IMG/VR virus record: IMGVR_UViG_3300026549_000032 | Span: 128,001-192,000 of that record | Source of the DNA: a virus | Lineage: Duplodnaviria; Caudoviricetes | Length of the DNA stretch: 64,000 nucleotides | Reading direction: 5' to 3' (one strand) | Shown here: one piece after another, positions 19,670-29,967 of the stretch | Numbering within the stretch: the stretch's first letter is position 1 | Layout of the letters: each line of letters begins with the position of its first letter | Translations under genes and position numbers: made by a program | The notes under the pieces: model-generated | The model's input: the letters and a program-made list of their open reading frames with translations, nothing else | The model's database searches: none | What the model was told of the DNA's origin: nothing

Positions 19670-20847
19670 ATTCGATAATAAGGATATCGTCTTTGGCGTC
19701 TCTCGTTAGTGAGGAAGATAGCCTGACCGAATAATCCTATGAAGGACAGTACCACGACCGTCCAGAGTATAGTGGATCTTTGTCCACTCGTCAGGAAGGA
19801 CTTAATATAGTCAAAGTCATGGAAAGGCTTACGATTCCACATGGATAAGTTTCCCTCAATCCAGTAAGATAACTTTTCTAAGTCAAACCTCGGATTAGAC
19901 AAGAGAAATTCTTTACACTGAATGTCCATGGTGATGTCGTCTTGCCAAGAGAAGCACCTAGCCCATCTAATGGAATCTCTTGAATCCTTTCCGATACAAA
20001 CTACGAACTCATTCTTATTGCCTCCCTGCCAATAGGCTCGTTGGTCTTCACTAATGGAAGCTCCTTTCTCCCAAGGCCAGACTAAGACGAACACATGAAT
20101 CTGCTTGTTCATCCCGTAATAGGCATTGATGAAGTTAAATCTTTGAGTGTCGTAATGAGAGGCCTTGATTCCAATGATTGGTGAATTCTTTGCGGTAGGA
20201 TAATCGTAGAGACCTAGTTCTTTCGCTTCCTCCTTGGAGACTTCTCTTAAGCGGAAAGCACTTTGACTTCCTAAGAGTCGATTTTCATAGGAGTGAGTCG
20301 TGGTGAAGGTTTCACAGGTCTGCCAGGATCCATCCCAATCGTACTCTTGTGCATCACCATCTATTCGATAGTAGTTTCGATGCATATCAATGAACCTCAT
20401 TGGTGTACCCCATCTTCTTCTAAGTTCCTCGAACTCCTCTCGATCAATATAAATGTCATCACCTTTATTGTCATATTTCAGCCATCTCTCTGGGTGATAT
20501 TCTCGATAGGAACAATCATAGGTCTCGGTTCTGTACTTAGTGTTTCCTTTGCTGTCAGTTCCATCGGGAACTTCTCTAGTACAAGTCCTATGAATCCACT
20601 CATCCCATTCGTCGGTATGGCGGATCTTTGTGATGTAGTAAGAGAGGTATTCAGTATCACTGAAGTTACTGTGCCTCATTCCCAGAGACATCCCCAGCAC
20701 GATCAAACCTATAATAAAGGTTGGAGCTAAGCCAATCACAATAATTGATCCTAAGGTATGATCCTGATGAATATGGTTTCCTTGGTATAAGTAATAAACT
20801 AATACTCCTGATAATACGAAAGGAATTAATAATACTAATGCTTCCAT
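19666..20847 (-). CDS. Membrane protein with a large extracytoplasmic domain
   Basis: Two N-terminal TM helices and one C-terminal TM helix, near the LemA-like gene. Confidence 0.8.
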   Translation of the reverse strand: MEALVLLIPFVLSGVLVYYLYQGNHIHQDHTLGSIIVIGLAPTFIIGLIVLGMSLGMRHSNFSDTEYLSYYITKIRHTDEWDEWIHRTCTREVPDGTDSKGNTKYRTETYDCSYREYHPERWLKYDNKGDDIYIDREEFEELRRRWGTPMRFIDMHRNYYRIDGDAQEYDWDGSWQTCETFTTTHSYENRLLGSQSAFRLREVSKEEAKELGLYDYPTAKNSPIIGIKASHYDTQRFNFINAYYGMNKQIHVFVLVWPWEKGASISEDQRAYWQGGNKNEFVVCIGKDSRDSIRWARCFSWQDDITMDIQCKEFLLSNPRFDLEKLSYWIEGNLSMWNRKPFHDFDYIKSFLTSGQRSTILWTVVVLSFIGLFGQAIFLTNERRQRRYPYYRI

Positions 20848-20890
20848 ATAAAAATCCCCATGACCCGTTTCCAGGCCACAGGGCTTTGTT

Positions 20891-21010
20891 TTATGTTAAT
20901 GAAGTGTTGCCTTGTTGGTTATTACCATTGTTGTCCATAAACCACATAGCAACGACCATAGCTATAAATATCGCAAGATAGAATCCCCAATCAATTGAAG
21001 AGATCGACAT
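20891..21010 (-). CDS. 39-aa single-TM microprotein (not in ORF track)
   Basis: Hand translation MSISSIDWGFYLAIFIAMVVAMWFMDNNGNNQQGNTSLT fills the intergenic gap. Confidence 0.5.
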   Translation of the reverse strand: MSISSIDWGFYLAIFIAMVVAMWFMDNNGNNQQGNTSLT

Positions 21011-21533
21011 TGTCGTCTACTTTAGAGTCCATTACGCTCTTTGTAGTAGTTGAGGAGATAACCTCCCACTCGAGTTTCTTTCGTCCTCCTAAGAACCACT
21101 TAGAGGGAACGACGTCAAGCATGTTGTTGTGCTCTCGAACAATGTCTATGATCTTAGTCTGCGCATTCAAGAACTTCTGGCGTTCCACTTCAATAGCTAC
21201 TGATAGGTCTTTGTACAAGTCTGCCGTAAACTGAGGATTAGACTCCTGAATCCAATTCATCAGGACACCATCATTCTTGTCATACCTAGCGGAAGTGATG
21301 TGAGTATAGATGCTGTCAAATTGAGCAGCATACTCCTTACTTACACCAGCCTTCTGTTGAATTGTTTTCCACATGTTGTCGTGGACAGCCTCAATCTTAG
21401 ACTTCTGAGACTCAAACTCGTTAACGTACCGAACTTCATCATTCTGATAACCCCAGGCAGTAGCCATAGTGATAACAGCGAAAACAATGATTCCGGCAAG
21501 GGCGATTAACCCAATCAATAATTTCTTACTCAT
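20991..21533 (-). CDS. LemA-like membrane-anchored protein
   Basis: N-terminal TM helix, helical body, WIQESNP and C-terminal HN..L..VPS.WF. Confidence 0.7.
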   Translation of the reverse strand: MSKKLLIGLIALAGIIVFAVITMATAWGYQNDEVRYVNEFESQKSKIEAVHDNMWKTIQQKAGVSKEYAAQFDSIYTHITSARYDKNDGVLMNWIQESNPQFTADLYKDLSVAIEVERQKFLNAQTKIIDIVREHNNMLDVVPSKWFLGGRKKLEWEVISSTTTKSVMDSKVDDNVDLFN

Positions 21534-21979
21534 CTTCTTTTAAATTTTCTTGGACGATCAAACTTACGAATATCTGCTCTCAACTTATTCTGAATCTCAT
21601 ACTTAAGCTCGGGAATGAGAATACTTGTATCAACATCCCAGACATAAGTCTTGTGCTGGTTTCCATGAGTACCAAGGACCTCGATCTTATACAAGTTCTT
21701 TTCCTTCTCCTCATCATAACCAACCAAGTTAATTCTAAGCTTATCAGCATACCAGAACTCACCGTTTCCGATGGATTCTAGATAAATACGACCCTCTAGG
21801 CCGGTGTCAATGTCTATGACCTCTCCTATCTTTCCTTCCTGGTTGAAGTAGTTGATAAGATTTCTAGTCACATCTTTGTCGATGCCTACCATGGCTCTGG
21901 CATAAGCATCTCTAATGTTTCCCATCTTCTTTCGAAGATCAATTAGGACATACTTTCTGTCTTCGTTTTTTCTGAACAT
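21530..21979 (-). CDS. Hypothetical protein
   Basis: 149-aa ORF in operon. Confidence 0.7.
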   Translation of the reverse strand: MFRKNEDRKYVLIDLRKKMGNIRDAYARAMVGIDKDVTRNLINYFNQEGKIGEVIDIDTGLEGRIYLESIGNGEFWYADKLRINLVGYDEEKEKNLYKIEVLGTHGNQHKTYVWDVDTSILIPELKYEIQNKLRADIRKFDRPRKFKRR

Positions 21980-22230
21980 ATATACGATTTATAACTAACA
22001 TGTTCGTGGAACTTTGATCCACCTTTCTTTTGTCTGGCTCCCTTCGATTGGTATTTATCCCATCTCTGGTAAAGACAACCATCCTTCTTTGAGACATGTT
22101 GTTTTAAAGTCACAAGTCGGAAATACCAGGCAACGGCTATTCTCCACTTCCTGATCTTACCACTACCCGTCTCAAAGGAGAATTCAATTTCCGGAGGAGT
22201 TCCCTTCAGGTATCTTATTCCTACCTTCAT
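21943..22230 (-). CDS. Hypothetical basic protein
   Basis: 95-aa ORF in operon. Confidence 0.6.
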   Translation of the reverse strand: MKVGIRYLKGTPPEIEFSFETGSGKIRKWRIAVAWYFRLVTLKQHVSKKDGCLYQRWDKYQSKGARQKKGGSKFHEHVSYKSYICSEKTKTESMS

Positions 22231-22825
22231 TCTTTCTGATTATGATAAGTTCATTTTCACCGTAATTAAGGAGGAGAGTCCCAAGTTCTCCTAAGACGCT
22301 CTGTCCCAAGAGGTTAGGTGACTCTACGCTCCTTCCGACGAAGACTTTCACACCATGGACAAGTATATTGCCAACGGAAAGTGAATCCACGGTAACTACG
22401 GCCTTCGTATGTTCAAAGCCATCAGCATTTACAGTCACGACGGAGTCCTCATCAAGAGTGGTCTCCTTAATGAAACCATTTCTCAGGAGGAAAGCATACT
22501 CTGCACGTCCAATCTGAACGTCACTACAGCCCGTGTCAAGGATGAACTTTGTTGGAACACCATTAACGTGGACTAGGAGATACGCCGTTCGACCTTCTAC
22601 CGTGAGAGGCACACGAATCGTATCAAGCGGACTCTGTATTGTTGCGACAGGTTCCACTTTCACTGTGTCTGTAACAGTAGAGTCTTTCTTAGTTCCGAAG
22701 TGATCTTGGATAAACTGCATACTCTGCTGTGGCCAAGTAGTCATTATAAACGCTATACAACCTATTATAATAAATAGGATCAACCAAAATTTAATGTGAT
22801 AATTTTTCTTTTTACCGTATTTCAT
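22184..22825 (-). CDS. Membrane-anchored retropepsin-like aspartic protease
   Basis: TM helix, FILDTGCS catalytic motif and LLGQS. Confidence 0.88.
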   Translation of the reverse strand: MKYGKKKNYHIKFWLILFIIIGCIAFIMTTWPQQSMQFIQDHFGTKKDSTVTDTVKVEPVATIQSPLDTIRVPLTVEGRTAYLLVHVNGVPTKFILDTGCSDVQIGRAEYAFLLRNGFIKETTLDEDSVVTVNADGFEHTKAVVTVDSLSVGNILVHGVKVFVGRSVESPNLLGQSVLGELGTLLLNYGENELIIIRKNEGRNKIPEGNSSGN

Positions 22826-22827
22826 AT

Positions 22828-23118
22828 CTACACATAAGGCTTTTCCCTCGGACGAAAAGAAAAAGAGTCCAAGTCAATTCGCTTGTCTCTCTTTCTATCG
22901 TATTTCTTCTTGTCCTTGTAAACTCGGTTCATGGCTACCCACTTACCATCATTTCTCTCAAGTTCCTCATCACGGGCAATCATTCTCAGTATCTTATACT
23001 GGTCATTGCTCTTAGTTGGTTTGCTCTTTTTCATTTTCTTGTTGCTGTTGAGCTTTAACCCTGGCCGCCCAGGCTGCTGCTCGTTGTCTTTGTAGTTCTT
23101 CGGCCTTTTCTTTTTCAT
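22828..23118 (-). CDS. Small Lys/Arg-rich protein (start uncertain)
   Basis: Basic ORF. The true start is probably at the internal MKKSKP. Confidence 0.5.
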   Translation of the reverse strand: MKKKRPKNYKDNEQQPGRPGLKLNSNKKMKKSKPTKSNDQYKILRMIARDEELERNDGKWVAMNRVYKDKKKYDRKRDKRIDLDSFSFRPREKPYV

Positions 23119-23494
23119 GCATCAATGAATCTCTGACTTCTCTTTTGCCTCTTGCCCATCCACGAGACTCAGCAAAGATGACTTGCTGTTCCATGGAATC
23201 TTCTATCTCGTACTTAACTTTTCCTACCATATCCTCTGCCATTCTAGCCTTCGAATAGAAATATACACTAGGGAAGAATCCGACAAGTATGATAATAGCT
23301 ACTTCTACAGCGAGACCCAAACATGGAATCTTTACACGGAAATAAGCTAGGTATACGAAACATTCTTTAATGAATAGGACAAGGTTCTTTATAAAAAGCC
23401 ATATAGATTTCAATATCATCCTGCCTCTTGTTTTTACTTTTGTTGACTTTAATACGTCGTCAATGTGCTGTTGAATTATTTCTTTACTTTCCAT
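23012..23494 (-). CDS. Membrane protein with coiled-coil C-terminus
   Basis: TM segment. ATG immediately follows the promoter-like motif at 23501-23505. Confidence 0.75.
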   Translation of the reverse strand: MESKEIIQQHIDDVLKSTKVKTRGRMILKSIWLFIKNLVLFIKECFVYLAYFRVKIPCLGLAVEVAIIILVGFFPSVYFYSKARMAEDMVGKVKYEIEDSMEQQVIFAESRGWARGKREVRDSLMHEKEKAEELQRQRAAAWAARVKAQQQQENEKEQTN

Positions 23495-23633
23495 CAGCTA
23501 TAAGGCAGTGAAGGAAAGGAAAGGACCTATTAATATAGATCCTCATCCCCGAATGCAATATTCGGTGTTGTTTATTGAAAGAACACATACGAGCTATGGA
23601 CTTTTGACAACACTTTATACTTCTGCATTCTGT

Positions 23634-24779
23634 TCATCTGTTAATGCTAGTAATGGCAGAAACAGAATTTGTGACCAACTTTGTGTTCGTAGTGAACTGC
23701 TGCAGGTCCCTTGCTCCTGCATATGACATCGCTGATCGTAGGTAATCTGTGAAATTCTCGACCCAAGCCTGCATGGTATACTCAACATCAAGTGTTGTTT
23801 CAATGCCCTCGCTCGTATGAGTCTTTTTACCGTTCATGGCTAACTGGCCACGTTTGGAAGCCATGCCATAGAACGTCTTCTTGATAGTGACCGGCCCGAG
23901 AAGGGTATTATCATCCTTCCACGCCATAAACTCGCCACTACCAAAGGTAACCCTATAGGTACCCATGAATTTCGTTAGATCATCTTGTTGTTGTTTGTCC
24001 TCGGGATCAACCCAAGAGACGGTTCCGGGAGCTGCGCTTTCTAGCATCTTAGTGAAGACAGAGCCAATCATGACTCGATCCGCACCCAAGGCTAAAGCTT
24101 TGATGGCGTCACTATATCCACGTACTCCTCCATCAGCCACTATGAGCGGAGTAGTATGGACCAATTGACCGCCTTCAGTTAACAGCCGCTTCTTAATGGA
24201 AGAAATCTCATTCAGGAGAGATGCCATAGGATATCCTACCCCAGTATTGGAAGAGGTTATGCAACCACGACCAACCCCTATACCGACTCGTACGTAATCG
24301 GCACAAGCTCTAGCGGCCGCTAGATAGGTTTCGGGATTCGCTATGTTCCCTACCATGACAATAAGATTCTTCGTCTGGGCCTTGGCTGAACGGACTAGGT
24401 TGTATAACTTTTCCATATGACCGTTCGCTATGTCAATGAGGACACGGAAGAACTTTCCATCCCATCCGTCCCAGATTGACTTTACGAAATACTCCTCAAA
24501 CTCTCCCAACGACATAGCCACCCAATACCCAAGACTGAGTAATTGGAGACGATCTGTAAGGGATTCCGTTCGAGGGATGATCGGTGTTATACCCTGAGCG
24601 ACCCAGAGATCCATATTATTAATCCCAATAACCGAATCCATCGGTGCCGTGAAGAGAGGAAGTTTATTAGTTCCTTCCTCTACGTAGGGATTGCAGTCTT
24701 TTCTTGAATCAATGGGGCTGACTGCTGCCGGTACAATTGAAACATCTTTATAGGAAAATTTCAATTCTGTATCTAACAT
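23634..24779 (-). CDS. IMP dehydrogenase / GMP reductase family enzyme (no CBS domain)
   Basis: TAPMD, IDIANGH, VGNIA, RVGIGVGRGCITS (catalytic Cys), ADGG, FYGMAS, SEG and LRSAMSY.G. Confidence 0.92.
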   Translation of the reverse strand: MLDTELKFSYKDVSIVPAAVSPIDSRKDCNPYVEEGTNKLPLFTAPMDSVIGINNMDLWVAQGITPIIPRTESLTDRLQLLSLGYWVAMSLGEFEEYFVKSIWDGWDGKFFRVLIDIANGHMEKLYNLVRSAKAQTKNLIVMVGNIANPETYLAAARACADYVRVGIGVGRGCITSSNTGVGYPMASLLNEISSIKKRLLTEGGQLVHTTPLIVADGGVRGYSDAIKALALGADRVMIGSVFTKMLESAAPGTVSWVDPEDKQQQDDLTKFMGTYRVTFGSGEFMAWKDDNTLLGPVTIKKTFYGMASKRGQLAMNGKKTHTSEGIETTLDVEYTMQAWVENFTDYLRSAMSYAGARDLQQFTTNTKLVTNSVSAITSINR

Positions 24780-24874
24780 AACTTGTTCTTTATATTATAT
24801 TTTATTTTCCATATATAAGTAAAATAGAGGGACCGAAACGCGTTTCCTTGATTTCAAAGACCTTATTGATGACT

Positions 24875-25756
24875 ATGAAAGATAAAATAGTAGAAATCAT
24901 TGAAAAAATTAGGTGTTATCCTTTTAGTGATAACAGTATTGATTATGCAGAAAAAGAACTCCTGAATGAGTTGGAATGGGGTTGGACTTGGGAAGTAAAG
25001 AATTCCCTGAAACGACTAGAGGAACTTTACCAATTCGGAACAAGTTTCGATACCTCTCTGGAAGGGGATGTAGAGAAAATTAATAAGTGGGATAAGAAAT
25101 ATGATCAGCTAATGGACGACATATGTGATCGCTCACAGAGGTGGTATAGGAAATACGCCGAGGAGATGACCGATCATAAGAGACCCATCCTCCCCTTTGA
25201 TAAATGGGTTGTTGCGACCGATGAGGAACAAGCTATCTTCACAGAAAAGGAGAGGTTTATTATGGAGAGGGAACTTAGGTTTAGGTTAATCTCTCAAACT
25301 TTAAAAGTACGTAACCTAATGCATGAAGAAGATACTCAGGTAACTAGAATGATTGGTCTTCGGGAGATTCAACCTTATGGTATGTTTCATATCCTGGTGG
25401 GGGAAGGTGACGAACCTGAAACTGATTATGAGAATATGTATGCCTTCATAGAGGATCTTCGACCGATTCTCTGGCCCATGTCTTGCTTGACTGAATGGGT
25501 GACTGTTGGAGGAAAGAAGGTGTGCTGGTTATATGAGATGAAGAAGCATCTTTTCGGCCCAAAGAAGGTGGAAAACATAATCCCAGAGAGCGGTAGTGTA
25601 TGTGTTCAGTTCTTTGACAACACCTGTCAGTTCCTCGACCCACGTCGTATTAGTATAGAAGATGTTAATTTCATGTACGAGCATGACATTGATTGTAATG
25701 GGTTGATCCCTAAAGGGTTAGCTATGAACGCACTAGAGGAGAAAGTTTATGAGTAA
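24875..25756 (+). CDS. Hypothetical protein with C-terminal LRP..GLI.KGLA domain
   Basis: Shares a C-terminal motif with 25749, 44274 and 44648. Start placed at MKDKIV after the promoter-like motif at 24861. Confidence 0.75.
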   Translation: MKDKIVEIIEKIRCYPFSDNSIDYAEKELLNELEWGWTWEVKNSLKRLEELYQFGTSFDTSLEGDVEKINKWDKKYDQLMDDICDRSQRWYRKYAEEMTDHKRPILPFDKWVVATDEEQAIFTEKERFIMERELRFRLISQTLKVRNLMHEEDTQVTRMIGLREIQPYGMFHILVGEGDEPETDYENMYAFIEDLRPILWPMSCLTEWVTVGGKKVCWLYEMKKHLFGPKKVENIIPESGSVCVQFFDNTCQFLDPRRISIEDVNFMYEHDIDCNGLIPKGLAMNALEEKVYE

Positions 25757-26477
25757 AGTAAGTGAGGCTTGGTACTTCGGAAACAGAGAATATTTAAGTG
25801 AGGAAGTTGAAAAGAACGCCCTTGACTTCGAAAAACTAATTGACCCTAAGCTCTGGGAAGAAGATGATGAAGCTGACACCAATGTAACTGGTTGGGGCAC
25901 AGTTACTCTGGACTTCTATGTTCCTGATAATGGGCTAGTATCGGCGGAGGTCGGCAAGACAAAAGTTGGTTATTTTACGGACTTCGATCACGGAATTAAT
26001 TATGGGTCAGACGGATTTGATTGGCCTGATCATACAAAAGTAAGCGACGAAATGTTAGAATGGTTTTTGAAAGGAAAGAATAAGAAGATGGAAGAAGAAA
26101 AAGAATTCCTCAAGCAGAGAGCAATTTTCTGTGGTCTACCCAACGTTTGGGTTATGTATAAAGATACTCCATACCTTGTCTTTGGATATGGGGCTGGAAG
26201 ACTAGAACTCTTGACTAGTCCGCTTAGTTCGTGCACATACCCAGAAGCTCCTCTTATCAAAGAAGTTCAAGTTATCCTAAGAAAAGAGGAAGACCTAAAC
26301 GAAGAGGAAAAGAAAGAGTATGCTAAGATTGGTATGACTGACGAGCTTGAGGACTGGATGAATATACATTGTGTGGATCATCGAGACTTAATTTCACGGG
26401 GCTGGGCCGTTGATGCTGTTAGTCTAGGAGACAAGAACCCGTATAAATACGGAGTATGCTTTGGAGGCTTGATATAA
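25749..26477 (+). CDS. Hypothetical protein with a related C-terminal domain
   Basis: DWMNIHCVDHRDLISRGWAV resembles DWLNKHHFDYRGLIEKGLA of 44274. Confidence 0.75.
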   Translation: MSKVSEAWYFGNREYLSEEVEKNALDFEKLIDPKLWEEDDEADTNVTGWGTVTLDFYVPDNGLVSAEVGKTKVGYFTDFDHGINYGSDGFDWPDHTKVSDEMLEWFLKGKNKKMEEEKEFLKQRAIFCGLPNVWVMYKDTPYLVFGYGAGRLELLTSPLSSCTYPEAPLIKEVQVILRKEEDLNEEEKKEYAKIGMTDELEDWMNIHCVDHRDLISRGWAVDAVSLGDKNPYKYGVCFGGLI

Positions 26478-26830
26478 TACATATCGAAGTAAACGATTGG
26501 GATCCGACCGACAAAGAAAAAGAGTTAATAGAATACATAGAAGAGCAGGGCAAAGAGAATGACGGCTATAACTACTGTTGGACTATGTACGACATGGCTC
26601 AATACTACTTAATAACTACAACAAAGAGGTGGTTAATGGAACATGGATTTGAATCCTTGATTTCTCATGCTGCCGATTGGGGTTATCACTTATATTCACT
26701 CAGAATGTATCCCACTAAATTTACGGGAGAATTCTTAGATGGATTTGATAACGAGATTTATGCTGGGAAGGAAGAGATAAATAAGTGCCTCCTGAGAGGG
26801 ATAGAATTAGGATATCGTAAAAAGAAATGA
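26456..26830 (+). CDS. MxW-tag protein (MLWRLD)
   Basis: ORF track plus N-terminal tag. Confidence 0.75.
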   Translation: MLWRLDIIHIEVNDWDPTDKEKELIEYIEEQGKENDGYNYCWTMYDMAQYYLITTTKRWLMEHGFESLISHAADWGYHLYSLRMYPTKFTGEFLDGFDNEIYAGKEEINKCLLRGIELGYRKKK

Positions 26831-26857
26831 TATCCTTTTCTTTTTCTTATAGGTGAT

Positions 26858-27247
26858 ATGATATATAAATTTAGAATAAAACCAGAGTTAATGTGGTGGA
26901 GGTCTGGAAAAGATTATGCAACAGACAATCCACGTGACCTCTGGGAAGTAACTAATTATTTAATCGAAAGATCATTGAAAGAGTTTTTCGAATATAGGCC
27001 AATGACACTTACAGCCAAATATGAGATGGAACGTACTATAGAAGTAGCCATCGAAAAGTGCATACGAGGATATACAGGTAAATGTTCTATTGAACCTGAT
27101 TGGTTTGTACACCTAGTGGGAAGTTGGTATCCTGAAGCACTTTCAAATTATGGTGGGAGTATGGACTTGGTTATCTATAAGCCGGAGGAGTTAAAAGTAA
27201 TCATCAACTCTCTGATGGTGGCGAAGTACATGCAGAAACTCTTATAG
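26858..27247 (+). CDS. Mx[WFY]-tag protein (MIYKFR), possible tail-sheath-like segment
   Basis: LIERSLKEFFEYRPMTLTAKYEMERTIE weakly resembles tail sheath C-terminal helices (recalled). Confidence 0.7.
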   Translation: MIYKFRIKPELMWWRSGKDYATDNPRDLWEVTNYLIERSLKEFFEYRPMTLTAKYEMERTIEVAIEKCIRGYTGKCSIEPDWFVHLVGSWYPEALSNYGGSMDLVIYKPEELKVIINSLMVAKYMQKLL

Positions 27248-27251
27248 GTGT

Positions 27252-28195
27252 ATGGAAGAAAAGAAAATAAAAGACCTAGAAAAAGAACTACGAGAAGTAG
27301 ACGAAAGAAGAAAAGAAATCATTAAAGAAATGGCTGATCTCAGAGCTAAGATTGCTACTAAGAAGTTTAAAGATATGATAGGAGGGTGTTATAAGCATCC
27401 TAACTATTACTGTGGCAGTCCGAGGTCAGAGCATTGGTACATATACTCAAGAATAACTGGTATCTCTGGGATGGATTCTCTAGGGGATCCGATCTACGTG
27501 ACGGAATCTATTCAGAAGACTTGTGATGGAAGGATTGAATATAACCCGAATAATCATGAGACTATGAATAGTAATGACGTGGGTGGTTGGATCAAGATAT
27601 CCTTTGAAGAGTTTATGAAAGCAAGAACAGAAATCTTATGCTTGACTTAAATTATAGGAACACAAACCCTGGGGACCTGGTACAGGGGAAGAAAACAGGA
27701 ACACTCCTCAGAGTCTTGAGGGTTGAGAAGGATGGCCTTTTCGTGGAGGGTTTCAAACAGAAAATTCAATACGAAGACGTAGAACCTTTCTGGATCTATC
27801 CCATTGAGAGGGTTGAAGCCCTAAAAGATATAATCATGGCTGACCCAAGAGAAGACATCGATGGAAAAGGAGATAAGAAGTATGAGTTCTGGTTTGGGGA
27901 TTATAAAGTTTTAACTTTCATGAAGTCGGTAGGTAATAAGGTTAGTGCTTCATGGAGAGAATATCTCCAGACGCCTACCAACCTAGATATTACCACAGAT
28001 CGTTTCAGTGATGTTCAAAGGATGTTCTTTGAGGCAAGTGATGGGTACAGAGAACTACCACTTACCCTTCCAAAACTACCAACCTTAAAGTGGAGGTGTT
28101 TGGGTTGTGGTCGAGTAATGGCTGAGCCTGGACCTCATAGATGTGGTAGTAACTTCCAAAAACATCACTTGACTTGGGAAAATTTGATACTATAG
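27252..28195 (+). CDS. Two hypothetical proteins (27252-27650; 27638-28195 with C-terminal Cys/His cluster)
   Basis: Overlapping ORFs in operon. Confidence 0.7.
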
Positions 28196-28241
28196 GGGAC
28201 GTAAAACACGTCCTTTTTCTTTTCACTCCCTTACCTCTGAA

Positions 28242-28918
28242 ATGAGATTTAATTTAATTTATAAAAGAATTAAAGATACAGATCCAATAGAGATTCCTAG
28301 TCTGGTGAGGGATGATGAAGGAGGAGCATTATCAGGACCAGAAGCTTATAAAGCATTCTGGAAAGCCTATAATGAAACTCAACGCACCATAAACGCGCTG
28401 ATATATCAGTTAGAGATGGTACGTGACTCACTTAACAAGGAATCTAATCAAACAAATAATATATGCTAATCCGGATAACAAATCAGAAACTGATTCGTGA
28501 TGCACTGAATAGATTAGCAGACTTAATGTACGAAACTAATGGACACTACCTCAGGAAGGTTCTTTACGTGGACGATTACTTGTATCTAGGGCGACACGGT
28601 AATAATCTGAAGTACTCTGATAGGTTGGGCATAGTATGTGTAAAAGCATGGCAGAAAAATTGGAGAGAAGGTTACTTCTTAATGAAAGAATTAGCGACCG
28701 TCTTAAATTCTCAAACCCTCGCTCTACCTTTCGAAGAAGTTCAGAAAAGAATCTGGCAGGAAGCTGTTAATAAACCTTCTAATGTAGATTACCTAGAGTA
28801 CTTAGATAATGCTTACATAACTGTTATGAAGTTTAATAGCATTGTGTTCAATTGGTTTTGGGCTAACTTTTTACATCACTGGGACAATGTTGTGGCAGCC
28901 TATAGAAAGAAAACCTGA
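28242..28918 (+). CDS. Two hypothetical proteins (28242-28469 MRFNLI; 28463-28918)
   Basis: Follow the promoter-like motif at 28229. Confidence 0.7.
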
Positions 28919-29393
28919 TGTTGTTATATCTATGGGGAGGTCCTATGTAGAGGATTTCCTCGCCTCAAAAAGAAAGATGAGCGAACAAATTCCCTCCTGG
29001 ACAACAATAGCTAGGTGGAGAGGTCATCCCGGAAGGGGGATAAGAGATTTTGGTTTAAATATAACAGATGCTCCTTTTACGAGAGAACTCTTACATGACT
29101 GGTGGGTACATGGAATCGTATCAAACCAGTGGAGAGGTGTCGATGGTACAAAAGCTTTGGAATTATTACCAAACAAAACTATTCATGACGCACTCCGTGA
29201 ATTTATCTACCCAGAAGTGAGTGGTGATTGGAGTGCTAGAGAGGAAAGAGAGGAGAAAGCTTTTGCGTTAGCAATTGTTAGGATAGACTCTCTATGGACT
29301 AAGTTTTGTGAATATTTTATAATTAGAAGATTAATATATGATAGAGTACAAAGAAGGGAACATTTTCACATCTCTAGCGCAGACTATTACTAA
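28887..29393 (+). CDS. MxW-tag protein (MLWQPI)
   Basis: Internal ATG of ORF 28842..29393. Confidence 0.7.
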   Translation: MLWQPIERKPDVVISMGRSYVEDFLASKRKMSEQIPSWTTIARWRGHPGRGIRDFGLNITDAPFTRELLHDWWVHGIVSNQWRGVDGTKALELLPNKTIHDALREFIYPEVSGDWSAREEREEKAFALAIVRIDSLWTKFCEYFIIRRLIYDRVQRREHFHISSADYY

Positions 29394-29967
29394 TACAGTA
29401 AACCTGATGGGAGTCATGGGAGCTGGCTTGGCGTTAGTCCATAAAGCCATATTTCCAAGGATGTATCAAACCTACAGGGACTACTGTAAGGCTGGTCAAT
29501 TTAAAGCAGGTCAGCTTTGGGTATGGGATCAGTCCTGGAAATGGCAGGTCTTAAACTTCCCGACGAAACGACATTGGCGTGATTGGTCAGAGATCCCTCT
29601 CATCGAAATGGGACTAATGAACTTAGTGAGAACGTATCAGGAGAGAGGAATAACTTCTCTGGCAATACCACTCCTGGGTTGTCAGAATGGTCACCTGAAA
29701 GAGAAGGATGTACTGCCAGTCATGGAGAAGTGGTTAGGACAGATGAATATCCCCGTAGAAATATGGAGACGAAATCCTGATGCCCCAAATCCAATCTGGA
29801 ATGAGCTTAAGTTTAAGTGTTCGGCAGGGAAGACAACTTTCGAGAGAATAGTTCTGGAATGTGAATCTTTCGAGGACTTGGTTAAACGACCAGGTATAGG
29901 AAGAGACTCTTGGGCTAAGGAAACAGGTAAAATACTAGGGATAGAGAAAGATGATATTCAGAATTAA
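29338..29967 (+). CDS. Macro domain protein (DarG/Poa1-like ADP-ribosylhydrolase)
   Basis: GNIF, NTVN..GVMGAGLA, NFPTK.HW and SLAIP.LGC.NG.L motifs. Confidence 0.9.
   Translation: MIEYKEGNIFTSLAQTITNTVNLMGVMGAGLALVHKAIFPRMYQTYRDYCKAGQFKAGQLWVWDQSWKWQVLNFPTKRHWRDWSEIPLIEMGLMNLVRTYQERGITSLAIPLLGCQNGHLKEKDVLPVMEKWLGQMNIPVEIWRRNPDAPNPIWNELKFKCSAGKTTFERIVLECESFEDLVKRPGIGRDSWAKETGKILGIEKDDIQN

Noticed and set aside
537-23726. Plus-strand ORFs antisense to left-arm genes (e.g. 8627..9355, 12488..12946), and equivalent antisense ORFs in the right arm
   Set aside because: These are shadow frames of well-supported genes, with no motifs or promoters.
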